Below, in pieces: positions 51,879 to 64,000 of a stretch of DNA of 64,000 nucleotides (position 1 is its first letter; every line of letters starts with the position of its first letter). The notes beneath the pieces are model-generated. The model had not been told where the DNA came from. It searched no databases and saw nothing but the letters and a program-made list of their open reading frames with translations. The translations under genes and the position numbers were made by a program. Source of the DNA: Haliotis rubra (Eukaryota); assembly GCF_003918875.1 (NCBI RefSeq), contig NW_025765059.1:248001-312000 (forward strand), written 5' to 3'.

Positions 51879-54800
51879 CTAAATGTCAATCAAAGCCAGC
51901 AGAGAGTCCAACTCCCGCGACAACTCCTCCTGGGCTGCACGTCGTGCCGCCCTGTCCATCACTGGCCCAGCACTTGTTCCCCTAGCAACCTGGGAATCAG
52001 ACTTACATTCAGTTCCAGAAATAATGTTTTCTTGGTTAAAAATAGGTTGTATATCTAGAAAAAGAAAATTTAATGAAATCCAAAAGGAGATGAGAACCAA
52101 CACTAATCCCCTAGATTAAAGGAAATCGAGACTTGCCCAAGCATTCTAGATTTGAGTTGAACTCCTTTTAAAATATATCCCTTGGGTCTGGGAAACCTCG
52201 TGCCCTGACACGCCCTGATACTGTAGGCCCAGCAGGCCGGGGGTGGCTCTGAAGATGTGGTGGGTGACACTGCTGCAGACAGTCATGCAAAATGTGGTCG
52301 CTACGTGCATTTCTCTCCTCTATTCCGCATTATCCGCCCTAAGGGTACGTGGTACTATTCTGTAAGTCTGACTTTTGCATACATTCCCGTATACAGAAAC
52401 GTACCTGAGGTACATATCCGCAGCAATCGTGCCGACAACAACCCATCCAGTCCTAACATTACACAAGGTTAAATGTCCCTGTTTCTCTGCGAAGAGAAAC
52501 CTTGTGAATAGGAGTCCCAGTTTACTGAACCAAGGATATATGATATCTTTATATTTGCAAAGGCGTTTCCCTGCCCATGGAACTGAGAGAATAAATGTCA
52601 GCAGAAAGAGAGAAAGTAAGCATACGAAACTATTTGTTGTCCACATCCGTCTCAAAACGGAAACTGCAACTAGTTCTGGGGGGCAATTTCGTTTGTGTCA
52701 GATATAATACAATATATTTGCATTATATACTAGGCACATAAAGAAACTGTGCATACAAAAATTTAAAATCTAAATTTATCAAACCTGTGTAGACACATAA
52801 GGATTTAAACTCAGAGATTAGTGTCATGTATCCAACATGCATGCACGTGGGCCCTTGCGATCGTTCAAAAAATTAAACGGCTATTGAAACGCATAGCATG
52901 CCAAGGCTCACGTCTGCACAACGTCATGAGGCCATTGGGATGGTCCGTGGGGGAATGTCTCAACGACAAGTGGCTGCACATTTCCACTGCCACCGGAACA
53001 CCATTTCTGCACTGGTGAGACGCTACCAGAACACAAATGACGTCATCGATCGGCCACGTTCTGGACGTCCACATGCAACAACGCCAAGACAGGACAGATG
53101 GATAAGGGTGACCCATCTTCGCCACAGGTTTCAGACTGCAGTGATGACTGCCCGAACCATCCCAGGACTTCGCCGTATCAACCCCAACACAGTTCGAGAA
53201 CGTTTACGTCATCATGGGATCAGACCACGACGTCCCGCCATACGGCATATCCTGACACAACGTCATCGACAAGCTCGCCGAATGTGGTTCCGAAATCATG
53301 TCCGCAGACCCTTGTTTTGGTGGAGAAATGTTGTTTTTACAGATAAGTCCAGGTTAAACATTTCCTATAGTGATGGAAGTCAACGTGCCTATAGACGCGT
53401 GGGAGAACGTTATGCACAGGCCTGTGTCTTGGAGAGGAATCGCTTTGGTGGTGGTTCCGTGATGATTTGGGGTGTAATAACAGCACGCCAAAGAACTTGG
53501 TGATTGTTCAGGGCAACTTAACTGGTGTGGGCTACAGAGATCAGATTCTTCGACCTGTGGCACTTCCTTTTCTGCAACGTCCTGGGTTAACATTCCAACA
53601 GGACAATGCCCGCCCTCATACGGCGAGGGTTGCTATGGATTTCTTGCAACACCACAACGTTGACTTACTGCCTTGGCCTGCAAATTCACCGGATCTCTCC
53701 CGATAGAGCATGTTTGGGACGAGATGGATCGACGTCTACGCCGTCTTCCTCATCCGCCAGATAACGTCCTTGACCTTGCAACAGAACTTGAGAGAATCTG
53801 GCGTGGCATCCCACAAGCCTTCCTTGCACGTTTGATAGGCTCTATGCGTCGTCGATGCACTGCTGTTCAAAATGCCGTTGGTGGACATACCCGTTATTGA
53901 GCTTGTGACATGGTCGTTTGACCCCTGTCCCGCTTGTGGACTCGTGACGTCATTGTGATTGACTTTTCAATTGAAATTCTCTCGACTTGTTATGGTCTCA
54001 TGATCCCTCCATTAAAGTTTATATGTACCTTTGACATTGTTATCGTACTTATCAACTGGGATAATATTTTGACAATGCACAGTTTCTTTATGTGGCTAGT
54101 ATATTTCGGCTTGCAATTTCGACACGCAACACACATCTCTGTTGGTTGGAATATTGCAGATTGAAGAACAACATTCACCCACCAAACCCAACCAAAGCGG
54201 GTCAATAATAAATCATGGTGTATTGGGCTCACCGATGTTGAGATCCTCGCTGAATCCTGTGCTGCGGTGAACTTTTCTAGAGTCTTATCGACAGCTGCAT
54301 CGCCATTTTGGAGGGCCCTTCCGTCTGAAACACAAGTTTCAATCCTATCTAATATATTTGTAATTTTTATCAATCATTCTAATTTCTAAGTGTTTATCGT
54401 ATCTTATTTATTGCCTGGCTAAAAAATTGAAACGATTGAAAATACCCGCTTCATTCTGCTAATTTCTGCGTTCCGTGAAATTATGAGGTACCCTCATTCT
54501 GCAAGCCAGGTAGATATTGTAATGCCCCATAGTTATAAAGCATGTACCATTCTGCATAGCTAAAAGTATATTAAAATGACGCACACGTTTGCTGAAGTCT
54601 TCAAATATAACAAACACCAATGGTTAATCGATGCTGATTTATGCGCATTCGATGCGTATAATTTAGACGGGTATCACAGTTGTGTATTAGTTGGTAATGT
54701 TGGATTGTTTCGGCGACAGTTTCCAGCCAAATAGGGTCTTATAAATAACGTTTGTATAAGTTTTAAGAGACATTTCTGCTTGCGTCTTGCTGATATAATT

Positions 54801-57800
54801 TTATCGTCTGCTGAGAGTTCTGCTCACATTGACTTTGTTGAAGTCCCATCTTGCAGTTCTCTTCCGAGTCCTCTCTTACATGGAACTTCCTCCGCGGCTC
54901 TTCCATGGCCTCCAGGTCCTGCAGCAGCTCCTCCAGTCCATCCAGAGGATCTGTGGGATGAGTCAGGATGGGCACGGTTTGTCCACGACTTCCACAGCCA
55001 TCTTGACCAAAATAAAAACGTAATATTCTCTTTGCTATATATTATATGGGGTAACTGGAATTTGGTACAGTTTATGAATTCGAATACAAGGTAGAATGGA
55101 ATGGGTTTGGTCCAGATATTCCACTGACCTACCTTTGGGTACAGTTGTTGTCTTGGGTATTTGACATGTGGTGTCTGTATATGTATTTACTTGGATTATA
55201 GGTTGTACATACATTTAATTTGTTTCTACCATAGCCATGCCCCAAACGGTCAACATACCCTGTCCAGTGTTTCTGGCTGTAGTCATCCTTTCTGTTGTCT
55301 TACTAGGGGATATTAGTAGGTCCCCCAATGAAGTTTTCGTTTCCACGGTCCTCGAGGTGCATGTATGGGCCCTGACCTTCCCTTGTGTTCCCGCACGTCC
55401 CGAGCTACATGGACCCGCCTCCACCTCGTTCTCGCTTCCACTCGTCCTCGTGCAGAAAGGAACTGATACCAGGACGTTTTGCTTCCTGTTATTTTTCTCG
55501 TTTCTGATACAGTCGTTGTTCAGCAGATTTACATTTCCTGATGAACAATGGCTCTTTGAGCTCCGATCAGTTTCCCGAACACAAGAACGTCCTACCAATG
55601 AACGTATAAGCCCCATTTCATAGTCCTCACGATTGTCAGGTGACGATGAACCGGATGCCTTGGACTTAAGAAGGATCTTGGGCTCGACACAGGCGGAATA
55701 CTCTAGGACGGTATCATTGTCCACTGCTGTGACCTCTGATAGCACAACATCCCTTCTCTTACTCATACGCAAAGATTCCCTAGTCGGCAGTGTGTCATTT
55801 CCGGGGATCTTCGACTCATCTGCTGAGAACCCTTCCACGTCAATCTTCTTCTGGACACATCGCTTCCCACACTTCTTTCTTGACCTCTTCCGACAATTTT
55901 CACCTTTGTGTTTGGACGAACCTCTCTCTGGCACTATACACACGACACAAAACAAACACCGGTGTAAAGGAGTAGCTGGAGTCGTACATGCTGTGTATGA
56001 ATTAATTTTGAAAGGTCACTGGCCAGGAGGGCTAGTTAAATAAAAATGTTGCTAGCCCACACCATACTTCAAAATGTATGCCCTGCAAAATATCAATAAC
56101 AAAATGCACATCGGTCAGAATTGGTGTGATGTCAAACGTTACATTTGTATTGCAATGGTTCCTGACCTCTTTTGCGCAACGCTATTAACATTGTTTATAT
56201 ACCGATCTTCCTGTGACAAGAGATAATAAATGTCACGAAACTTTTGCAGACTGACTTTTAACACCTTAATAATTCACATCATCATATTCATGTGCATTAA
56301 ATAAAGAACAAATTATCTGAGATTTTCTGTTGGCCAATCGGGATTATATACTGAAAGGCAAAAGAAATGTCGTAATATTGGAAATGACATTTAAGTATCA
56401 ATGGAACATTTGAACCTATTTTTTAAATAATACGCCACTGAAATGCAGTACCGACTTTCATCAGAGAAGAAAACCCCTCTCCATTGTCCCCCACGACAGT
56501 TTTGCCGCTGTTGTGTCCACTTCGATACGTTCCCGGCGGTGACGTTGGGTGAATATTGGTCTCCTGGCAGGACATCGACAAAACAGGTTCCTGGCTTGGA
56601 GACGTCGCCGAATGGTAGGTCACTGTCTGGTCGCTGGTGGTTTCCTATGGTCACCCAAGCTGTGTCTCTGGCCCTTGCGAATAGGTCTTGCACGTGTTGA
56701 TGGACGATATGACGGTCCTGGCGACGTGTTGTTACACGGGGTTGACCACTACGTGGACGGTCATCAGTGCTGCTGGTGGCGTTGTATCGCACTCTAAGAC
56801 GTTCTATCGTTCGTACGCTGCAACTGAAGTCATTAGCAATGACTCGAGCATGTTGACCAGCGTGCAGACGTCCACTAGCTTGTTGTGGTTGATCTCTCGT
56901 TAACCTAGTCATAGCTGCTGTGTTCAGAAAACAAGTGAACGATTGCCATTCAAGCCGGCAATTTATGCCTGAATGCATTTATGATGCACGTGCATCTCGA
57001 TTTCAATGTTGTGTTTGTGGGAACTTTTCCCTCTCCAAAAAACCAAAACATTTCTAACTTCAATCTCAAACAATACTTTATTGGGCAATGCAGGCTATAC
57101 GACCACGATTCATGTTTCCTCAAACTTGACTTCTGGTGTATATTTAAAAAAATAGGTTCAAATACTCCATTGATACTCAAATGTCATTTCTAATATTACG
57201 ACGTTTCTTTTGCCTTTCAGTATATTACTGGCCCGATCCACAATCAGCTAGCATTTGGCTAGCGGGCCAGTAGCTATTTCGAAAGTACATGTCATATGCC
57301 AGGCCACATGTTACGTCAAAACATGCTTCACTAGCATTCCATACATTATTAACAGTTATATTAGCCATTTATTTATATACCTCCCTCTCTGATATAACTG
57401 GACTGTTGCCTATAAAGCGGTGTAAAAAAACATATACCCACTCACATGGAACGTTCACGGGAAGCGTTGAGACCATGACGTGAGTTGTACCAGATACATA
57501 CCACTGATGCCACTGTCTCTGTGTAGTTGTCTGTAGAGGTCGATGGCTCTATTCCCGGGTTCGGTATATGCATGGACGCCGTTCAGGTCGTTGTGAGTCG
57601 TCACCAGACTCCGAAACTGATCAACATTTGCACATGGCGTTTCAAACATAGTAATGTTAAAGATGGTGTACTCTTCGTGAATTAAATCTTAAGTGATGCC
57701 CATCGTGATGTTATTTTCAAGTTTTTCTCACTAATTATGTCTCGCCTTTTCTTGGTGTCTCCCACCATGATATTGGCGGAAGACTGCTATAAGAGGCGTT

Positions 57801-58541
57801 AAGCCATCATCAGTAGCTCACTCTTTCACTCATTGACTTACTGCTGAAGGGATCAAATACAATCGTGTTATGTTTCAGTAACATTAGTTGTGCACAATTG
57901 CCGAAAGAACTCACTACTTACAAATGAGGTCACCTTGGCTCCGACGCTGGAAGTCGACCTTGGCCTTGTGTGACGTTGTTGACCAGGCATCTTTTTTCAC
58001 CTGTAATATACATCCATTATCGTGTTACCACCTTCGTATCTTGCAGCCATTCCGTAGCTTTCTATTATGTTTCATGTCTCCATTACTCTCCGTTTAGTTG
58101 TGTTAATGCACGACTTTGTATAACACGGTTTCTTAAAGTTATAATTTTTATGTAAACGGTGTGAACTTTCTAATGGACATAATGTTTACATGGGACACAC
58201 TTTATTTTGCTTGAGATGTTGTTTATCCGCTGTACAGACATCCACTCAGCAATATTCCAGCTATATGGCGGCGGCTAAATAATCGAGTCTGGACCAGACA
58301 ATCCAGGGATCAACAGCATGAACATCGATCTGCGCAATTGGGATACGATGACATGTGTCAACCAAGTCAGCGAGCCTGACCACCCGATCCCGTTAGTCGC
58401 CTCTTATGCCTAGCTATATTACCCGCGTGGTTTGGGAGCTTGTTTAAATAATTCCGTAGGGAAGTAAATAGAGAAAATACGACGTTTGGAATGGATGCGG
58501 CGCTAAACAGACCTTACCTCATGATGCCGTTTTGCGTTCAT
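51879..58541 (-). CDS. Uncharacterised multi-exon protein (~519 aa). Exons 58541-58518, 58000-57934, 57687-57502, 55933-55259, 55174-55133, 55001-54828, 54324-54233, 52452-52405, 52272-52197, 52054-51879
   Basis: Ten GT-AG exons join into one stop-free 1560-nt frame (MNAKRHHEVKKDAW...ELDSLLALIDI*), including a 675-nt open exon. Exons 8-9 and several weak sites are less certain. No family recognised. Confidence 0.6.
52728..54101 (+). mobile_element. Tc1 (DD34E) transposon, full length, transposase frameshifted
   Basis: TIR tactag(g/c)cacataaagaaactgtgca, TA TSD; transposase 52898-53900 with paired HTH (RPRSGRP), FTD, QQDNARPH, WPANSPDLS, PIEHVW; 34 residues between D and E; frameshifts at ~53497 and ~53700. 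Confidence 0.95.
56349..57222 (-). mobile_element. Tc1-like transposon, internally deleted
   Basis: ~80-bp TIRs starting tactgaaaggcaaaagaaa, TA TSD; residual transposase (DDRPRSGQPRVTTRRQDR, FFSDESRY) ends before the second catalytic D. Confidence 0.9.
58244..58407 (-). mobile_element. SINE-like family A, partial copy
   Basis: Matches the central and 3' part of family A. Confidence 0.8.
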
Positions 58542-58894
58542 GTATAACTGTATTATGACGTCATTCGTCTGTCTATCACAGTCACGTGCTATTTTAGGTT
58601 GTATCACGTGGTTTCTCTGTTACATTTGTTAAAAGTTTCGCGTGTCATCGAGAGCTAATTAGGTTCATACATAAAAGAACCCAACAAAATGTTTGATAAT
58701 AAAGTTCGGAGAATAAATTTATATTTTGATTGTCTTTCATAGATGAAATCCTCGCATGTTTACAGTGAGTGACTTTGGTTTTACGTCGCTTCACATGTTT
58801 ACAAAACACACATATAACAATCATGTTATGGTGAATGCTGACTATATACTGATAGTGCTATTGGTTTAGGTAGGGGTTCAGGTAGTCTGTCATA

Positions 58895-59318
58895 TAGACT
58901 AACAACTAGCCTCTGAAATGAACACATTTTACAGAAAAAAAAGCTCATAGTAAAAAAACTTAAAAATATAATGAAAAGGAGGCCTGAGACTTTCTTCATT
59001 TTCAGAAACTGGAAATCTTGACTTGCTACCAATTCTAGAATTGCGTGGGGTTTCTTGAATGTATTTGTTTCTGGGTCTGTAGACTATCTGACAGACTATC
59101 CGGCATACAGACTCTGAAAGAAAATATCCCAAAAAGTCTATGCAAGTCTAGAATATGTGGCTAGTCTAGATTACCACAGTTTCTGAAAAACGGCATCATG
59201 TCCCATGTAATGTAATGATGAAAGTCTCTGGGCTCCTTTTCATTAAAGTTTATAATTATAATTTGTGAACCGTTCTTTTTGTAGAATATGTTCATTTCAG
59301 AGACTAGATGTTAGTCTA
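58895..59318. mobile_element. Foldback/MITE with long imperfect inverted arms
   Basis: tagactaacaactagcctctgaaatgaaca... mirrors ...tgttcatttcagagactagatgttagtcta; inner arms 58971-59000 / 59214-59243. Confidence 0.7.
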
Positions 59319-60764
59319 GAGTTCAGGGATCCACACCCCCAGTGTATATAGGAATTAACACAGCAAGACACTTCTCGTCTGTTCTTATACCATTTCTAAT
59401 TAATTTTAGTTATTTATAGATATCGTACAATATCACGCATGGGTATAAAACTAATACCACATAGTTTATTTATTTCATTTTACATACATATGTTTCACTT
59501 GTATGCATATTAACAATTTAGCAAAGAATACCTGTAAATAACGCAAGTCCTTCAGGAAACTGTTGGGTCGCGGTATGTATCACCTGGAGTAAATGTATTA
59601 CCTCCCCTTGAAAAGGGCAAGTAATCCCTCATTACCAAAATGCCAATGCCAAGATGTGTTGATTCACACAGCTATTTTAAGAGGAATTTCACATCAGTTA
59701 ATAATTCGTCACCACTGAATTTTGACATGAAAATTAACTGTATTATTTCAACGATGTGATTCCGAGGAACACACCAGCTCAAAGTTGGTAAGCCAGACGG
59801 AGGACATGTAATTTGATATGTTCATGATGTTCGAGATTGTTTATCTGTTTATCATGTCTGCTACTAGGGCTGTGTAGGAATCGATTCTCACTTTCATTCT
59901 CTGACAAACTTACACTGATAATATGCGGATTGTTACATCCACCAATAGGAAGACAAATATTCAAAGGCGTTAATTTGATCAGTTGAATCCATCTCTTGTT
60001 GAAAGTTTTGACAGCTCGATTCAACATGGTGTAATGACGCATGCCGGTGAGTGTTTAGGAGAGTGTGCATAATAATCATGCTACTTATCTATATCTAAAT
60101 GCAAATGTGAATGGGGTTTAATTTCATATCCATGCTTAATTTGTGACTAATGAGGTAGTTTCACTGATAGAATTGGCTGAAATTTAGCACAGTCCTGCTT
60201 CCCTTATTCTGCCCTCTGGTCACTAATATATTGTGCAGCTTCTAGTCACACATTCATAACGTTCTGTAAACGTTCTGATGCAGATTTGGGGTGTGGGTAG
60301 CCTAAACGTTCGAAGACCCGGTTCGAATCCCGTTCTGGGCACAATGTGCAGCCCATTTTGGTGCACAGGCAGTCAGTCTGATGCAGATTTAGCACAGGCA
60401 GACCTAATCTTAGCCCTTCTGAACAAAAGAATATGATATTTGTTCACAGGTAGCTGTCAAATATTGTCAGTAATAGTACTACTTAGTGGAATGTTCAAGA
60501 TGTTGAAGTGTCTTTGACTTAGGGGTGACCATTAGAGTGTGTGTACGTGTGTGGGGGTGGGATTTGTGTGTGTGTGTGTGTGGATTTTTTGCACCTTAAA
60601 ACTTTACATTTGTCTTTATATGTCTAATTGCTTTAGACATGTGGACATGGTAGACACCTGACTAGTCACTATGTTAAGTGTACCCTTGTTTAGATGTTGA
60701 AATATGTTAAAGGTTCTATGTATTTAAAGTGTTTCAGTGACTAGTACACTGAGCTTCACTCAGC

Positions 60765-63700
60765 ATGGATGTGACTGGACTGAGTCACATTGGGGATCCA
60801 GCCCAGCTGCCATCTTTCAAAGCTCTTCTTCGTGATGGTCCCGTGCCATCTACTGCTGCACTTGATGTCTTCATCACTGATCTGGATATTAGGCTGGACC
60901 AAAACTCAAAAGAGTAAACAAACTGTTTTTCATTTAACTTTCATATTTTGATACTCTCCTTCCAAAAGAAAAACCCATGCCCAACTTTGCTTGTGTTCAA
61001 AGAATACCTTGTGAAACATGTGAAGGGTCACTTAAAGTGTTATGTTAAATGTCATGTTATTGTCAGTTTGTGAGGTCATTACTAAAAAAGCCATTGTTTT
61101 GGACTACCCACTAAAACCTGCAAGATGTCTGACTGAAGACAGATGGACTCTGACAGTTATAAGTATCCAGCCATGCATGTGAGGGGACGTACTACACACC
61201 ATATCTTCTGTCCATCCATGGTCATTTAATCATGGTTTTAGGTTGGGAAACACAAAACCCAACCAAATTATTCCTCAAGTTCATGTACATATTTGACTTT
61301 GTATGTTGTTGCCAGGGACAGAAATGATGGCCAGTTTTGAAAGAATGTTTTTCCACCTGTGAAAATATTTTCTGTGCTTTTCTAAACAGTTTTACAAATG
61401 AAATATTGTTTCATTGGTATCCTTGTAATGGTTTTCTGACACGTAAGAAACATACATTGTTTACTCGCTGACCTAATCAATTGTGAAACATTTCATAAAC
61501 TTATGAAAGACAACACAATCATAAAAACAAACTATCATTCAAATATTTTCATGATGCAACACACCTTGTTACAACTGAAATAAACACTGCTGTCAGAAAA
61601 CACATGATAACTGAAAACATAATTGTATGATGTGTGCTGCTCCAGGCTGGATGTGTGCCTCCAGTCTGTGCTAGACTTCACGAATGACCTCCCAGGAAGC
61701 AAGTGTTTCACGTCTCCCAAGGAGGGCCTTGCTCACATGCACAACAGCCATGTGTTAGAGAAGGACTCCTGCTATGACCCAGAGATGGAAGATGTAATGG
61801 CAATGCTCACTTATCTAGTAAGTCAGTTTGACATGGAACTCAATAAATCTTCACGGATAGGTGACATGCAGTAGCGCATGCTGGGATGTAGTTTGGAGTT
61901 GTCTGGTGTTTCATATTGTTTATGAATATTCAGTTGGGTACATATAACAGCAAACTTGGTGGGATCATGCTTAGCCCCACTCCAGTCATCACCCCTGATT
62001 ACCGTCTTCTACAATATGAAACAAGTGCCCCATGCTACATGCACTAAGCTCTCAAATGTACATGACAGTTCATATTTTCTTGTGTATTCAACGAATTGTT
62101 TCACTGAAAACACAGCAAAGGATGATATGTATATGCATGATATAATTGGCCAGTGCCTGTTATCAAAAACATCTGAGGGGCGGTGAGGTAGCCTAGTAGT
62201 TATTTGCTCATCACGCTGAAGGCCCGGGTTCGATTCCAAACATGGGTACAATGTGTGAAGCCCATTTCTGGTGTCCCCCACTGTGATGTTGCTGGAGTAT
62301 TGTTAAAAGCGATGCAAAGCCATACTCACTCACTCATTCAAAATCATTTCAGTTTCATTGACATTTGAACCAATTTTTTTTTCTGACAAGAAATCTAACT
62401 TGTGTGTATTTTAAATAATAATTTAAATAATTCAGGGTGCTTATTGTGCATACATGGTATAATTTGTTTGACACTGTCCTTGGGGAAGCAGGGGTGAAAG
62501 ACCAAGGCCCTTATTCTCGAAACGTTCTTAGCCCTAAGAATTCTTAACTTTGATCGTAGCCAATGTTAAGAATGGGCATAAGAAGTTCGTAGGGCTACAA
62601 ACGTTTTGAGAATAGCTAGCCTGGGCCCACAAAGCGATCTTAGCACTATCACTCTAGTGATCCAGTGCTAATGTATGAGAGTTCTGATTACATTAGCGTT
62701 TGAATTGTTTTGTGGAACAGGGCCCTAGTGTTGATGTTTGATATGTTTTCCTCTTGCAGCATAAGACTCTAGAGCAGTGTCCTGGATGTGAGGAGGCCGT
62801 TCTTCAGGAGATCCTGACACTGTCCTCGATAGAAGGTCTCTCTCTTCCTCTGAAGGCCTCAGACACAGACTCTATGTCCATGTCCATGGTATCTCTCAAT
62901 ATGGTGGTGGACAGCGGGGACCAGCTCATTGAGCAAAAGTGGAAGAAAGTCACACAACTTCTCAAGAAACATTTTGTGGACCGACTGCTGCAGCTTCCAG
63001 TCAGTAAGATAGACAGCAACCTCAACGTGCTGGTCAACATGAGGCTCAACCTACTGCAGAGCCTGCGAGCCATTGCTCCCGATGAGGATGTGTGGAACAG
63101 GTTGGTAGTAGGATGATAGAATATGCTGCACATATTTCACTTCTTCCAAGAAGGGATCCTGAGTTTTGGGATAAACAGGATCTTAACTGAAAGTGTTCCT
63201 GTGTACATAATAATAAACCATATGCATTGTATGAGGTGCTATCCAGTTGTTCCAGCCCACCAATGTGTAGACATATTTGCAAGTATCATCTTGTAAGTGC
63301 TCCTGCGATGACTGAACATTGACATGAGAGTCCATATTTACTAATGTAAATTACACATGTTTTTACACAACACCGCACTGTAGAAAGGGAATCACTTAGA
63401 AATTAAAGTTTTAGTTTCATTGACATTTGAACTGCCGCTTCATCTCTCACAACCGACTTGTGTGTTGTTTTATGAGAGCCTGCTAACTGATTGTTGTGTT
63501 CCCAGGTATCGGTCTCTGCGAACACAGCAGCTGGAGAAATGTTTCAGCGACATGTTGCCTGAGCAGCAGTCTGAGAGCACAGACTACAAGGCGTTCAGCC
63601 ATCACTGCAATGCCATGGCAGACATTATCATCAGCATGCTTGACGAAGACTTCATCGTCCTCAACACAGGCATGTTCACAAAGGTCACCGGGGTGTTCAA

Positions 63701-64000
63701 GGCCCTGCATGATCTGTACCTGGAGAAGTATAGTGACGAGATGTCCTTGCTTGTGGAGGAAGTGTGTGATGAGATCAGTGATATGAAAAGCAAGGGAATG
63801 GCTCAGTCACACAGTGAGTTCACCATTCAGAGTAACCACCATAGCAGTATGGCTAAAAGTGGCCTGGCTCAGAGTCTGGACAGCATGGTGGCCACATCCA
63901 CGGCGGTACAGGCTGCACCAACAGAACCCAAGTCCTATATCCCCCAGACTTGCATGAAGTCTTTGCTGCAGATTCTGTGTTCCATCCTGAAGATTGAGGA
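60765..64000 (+). CDS. KIAA0825: KIAA0825-like protein, 5' part. Exons 60765-60913, 61646-61817, 62760-63100, 63506->64000
   Basis: Spliced peptide (...DLDIRLDQNSKELDVCLQSV..., EEAVLQEILTLS, KWKKVTQLLKKHFVDRL, LLQSLRAIAPDEDVWNRYRSLR, MLDEDFIVL, LYLEKYSDEM) resembles the N-terminus of vertebrate KIAA0825 as I recall it; phases are consistent. Confidence 0.75.
62177..62336 (+). mobile_element. tRNA-derived SINE family B (a degraded copy also lies at ~60288-60362)
   Basis: A/B boxes and the family tail. Confidence 0.85.
62506..62621. mobile_element. Short MITE, inverted copy of 43479-43590
   Basis: Direct sequence comparison. Confidence 0.8.

Overview
Eukaryotic, intron-rich invertebrate genomic DNA. 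The repeat landscape (SINEs with (ACTC)n tails, Helentron-type elements) suggests a mollusc, possibly a gastropod such as abalone; this is inference. I rebuilt gene models by hand from splice sites and reading phase: 3' end of unc-13 (+); DDA1 (-, 5 exons, 100 aa, not recoverable from the ORF track as a whole) head-to-head with COPS2 (+, 13 exons, 443 aa), with start codons only 274 bp apart; a 7-exon GlpA/L2HGDH-like FAD oxidoreductase (-); an unrecognised ~10-exon, ~519-aa gene carrying LD-like motifs (-); and the 5' part of a KIAA0825-like gene (+). DDA1 intron 3 and COPS2 intron 6 each hold a different sense-oriented DIRS1-type tyrosine-recombinase retrotransposon with ITRs and an internal complementary region. 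Each has a splice acceptor just before gag that is in phase with the upstream host exon. Also present: two Tc1 elements, several MITEs (Merlin-, Harbinger-, MULE-, Kolobok- and P-like, including a triple nest around a 22-bp element), three SINE families (one partly 5S-derived), and seven long minisatellites, one of which grew out of a splice donor. No prokaryotic systems or CRISPR arrays.
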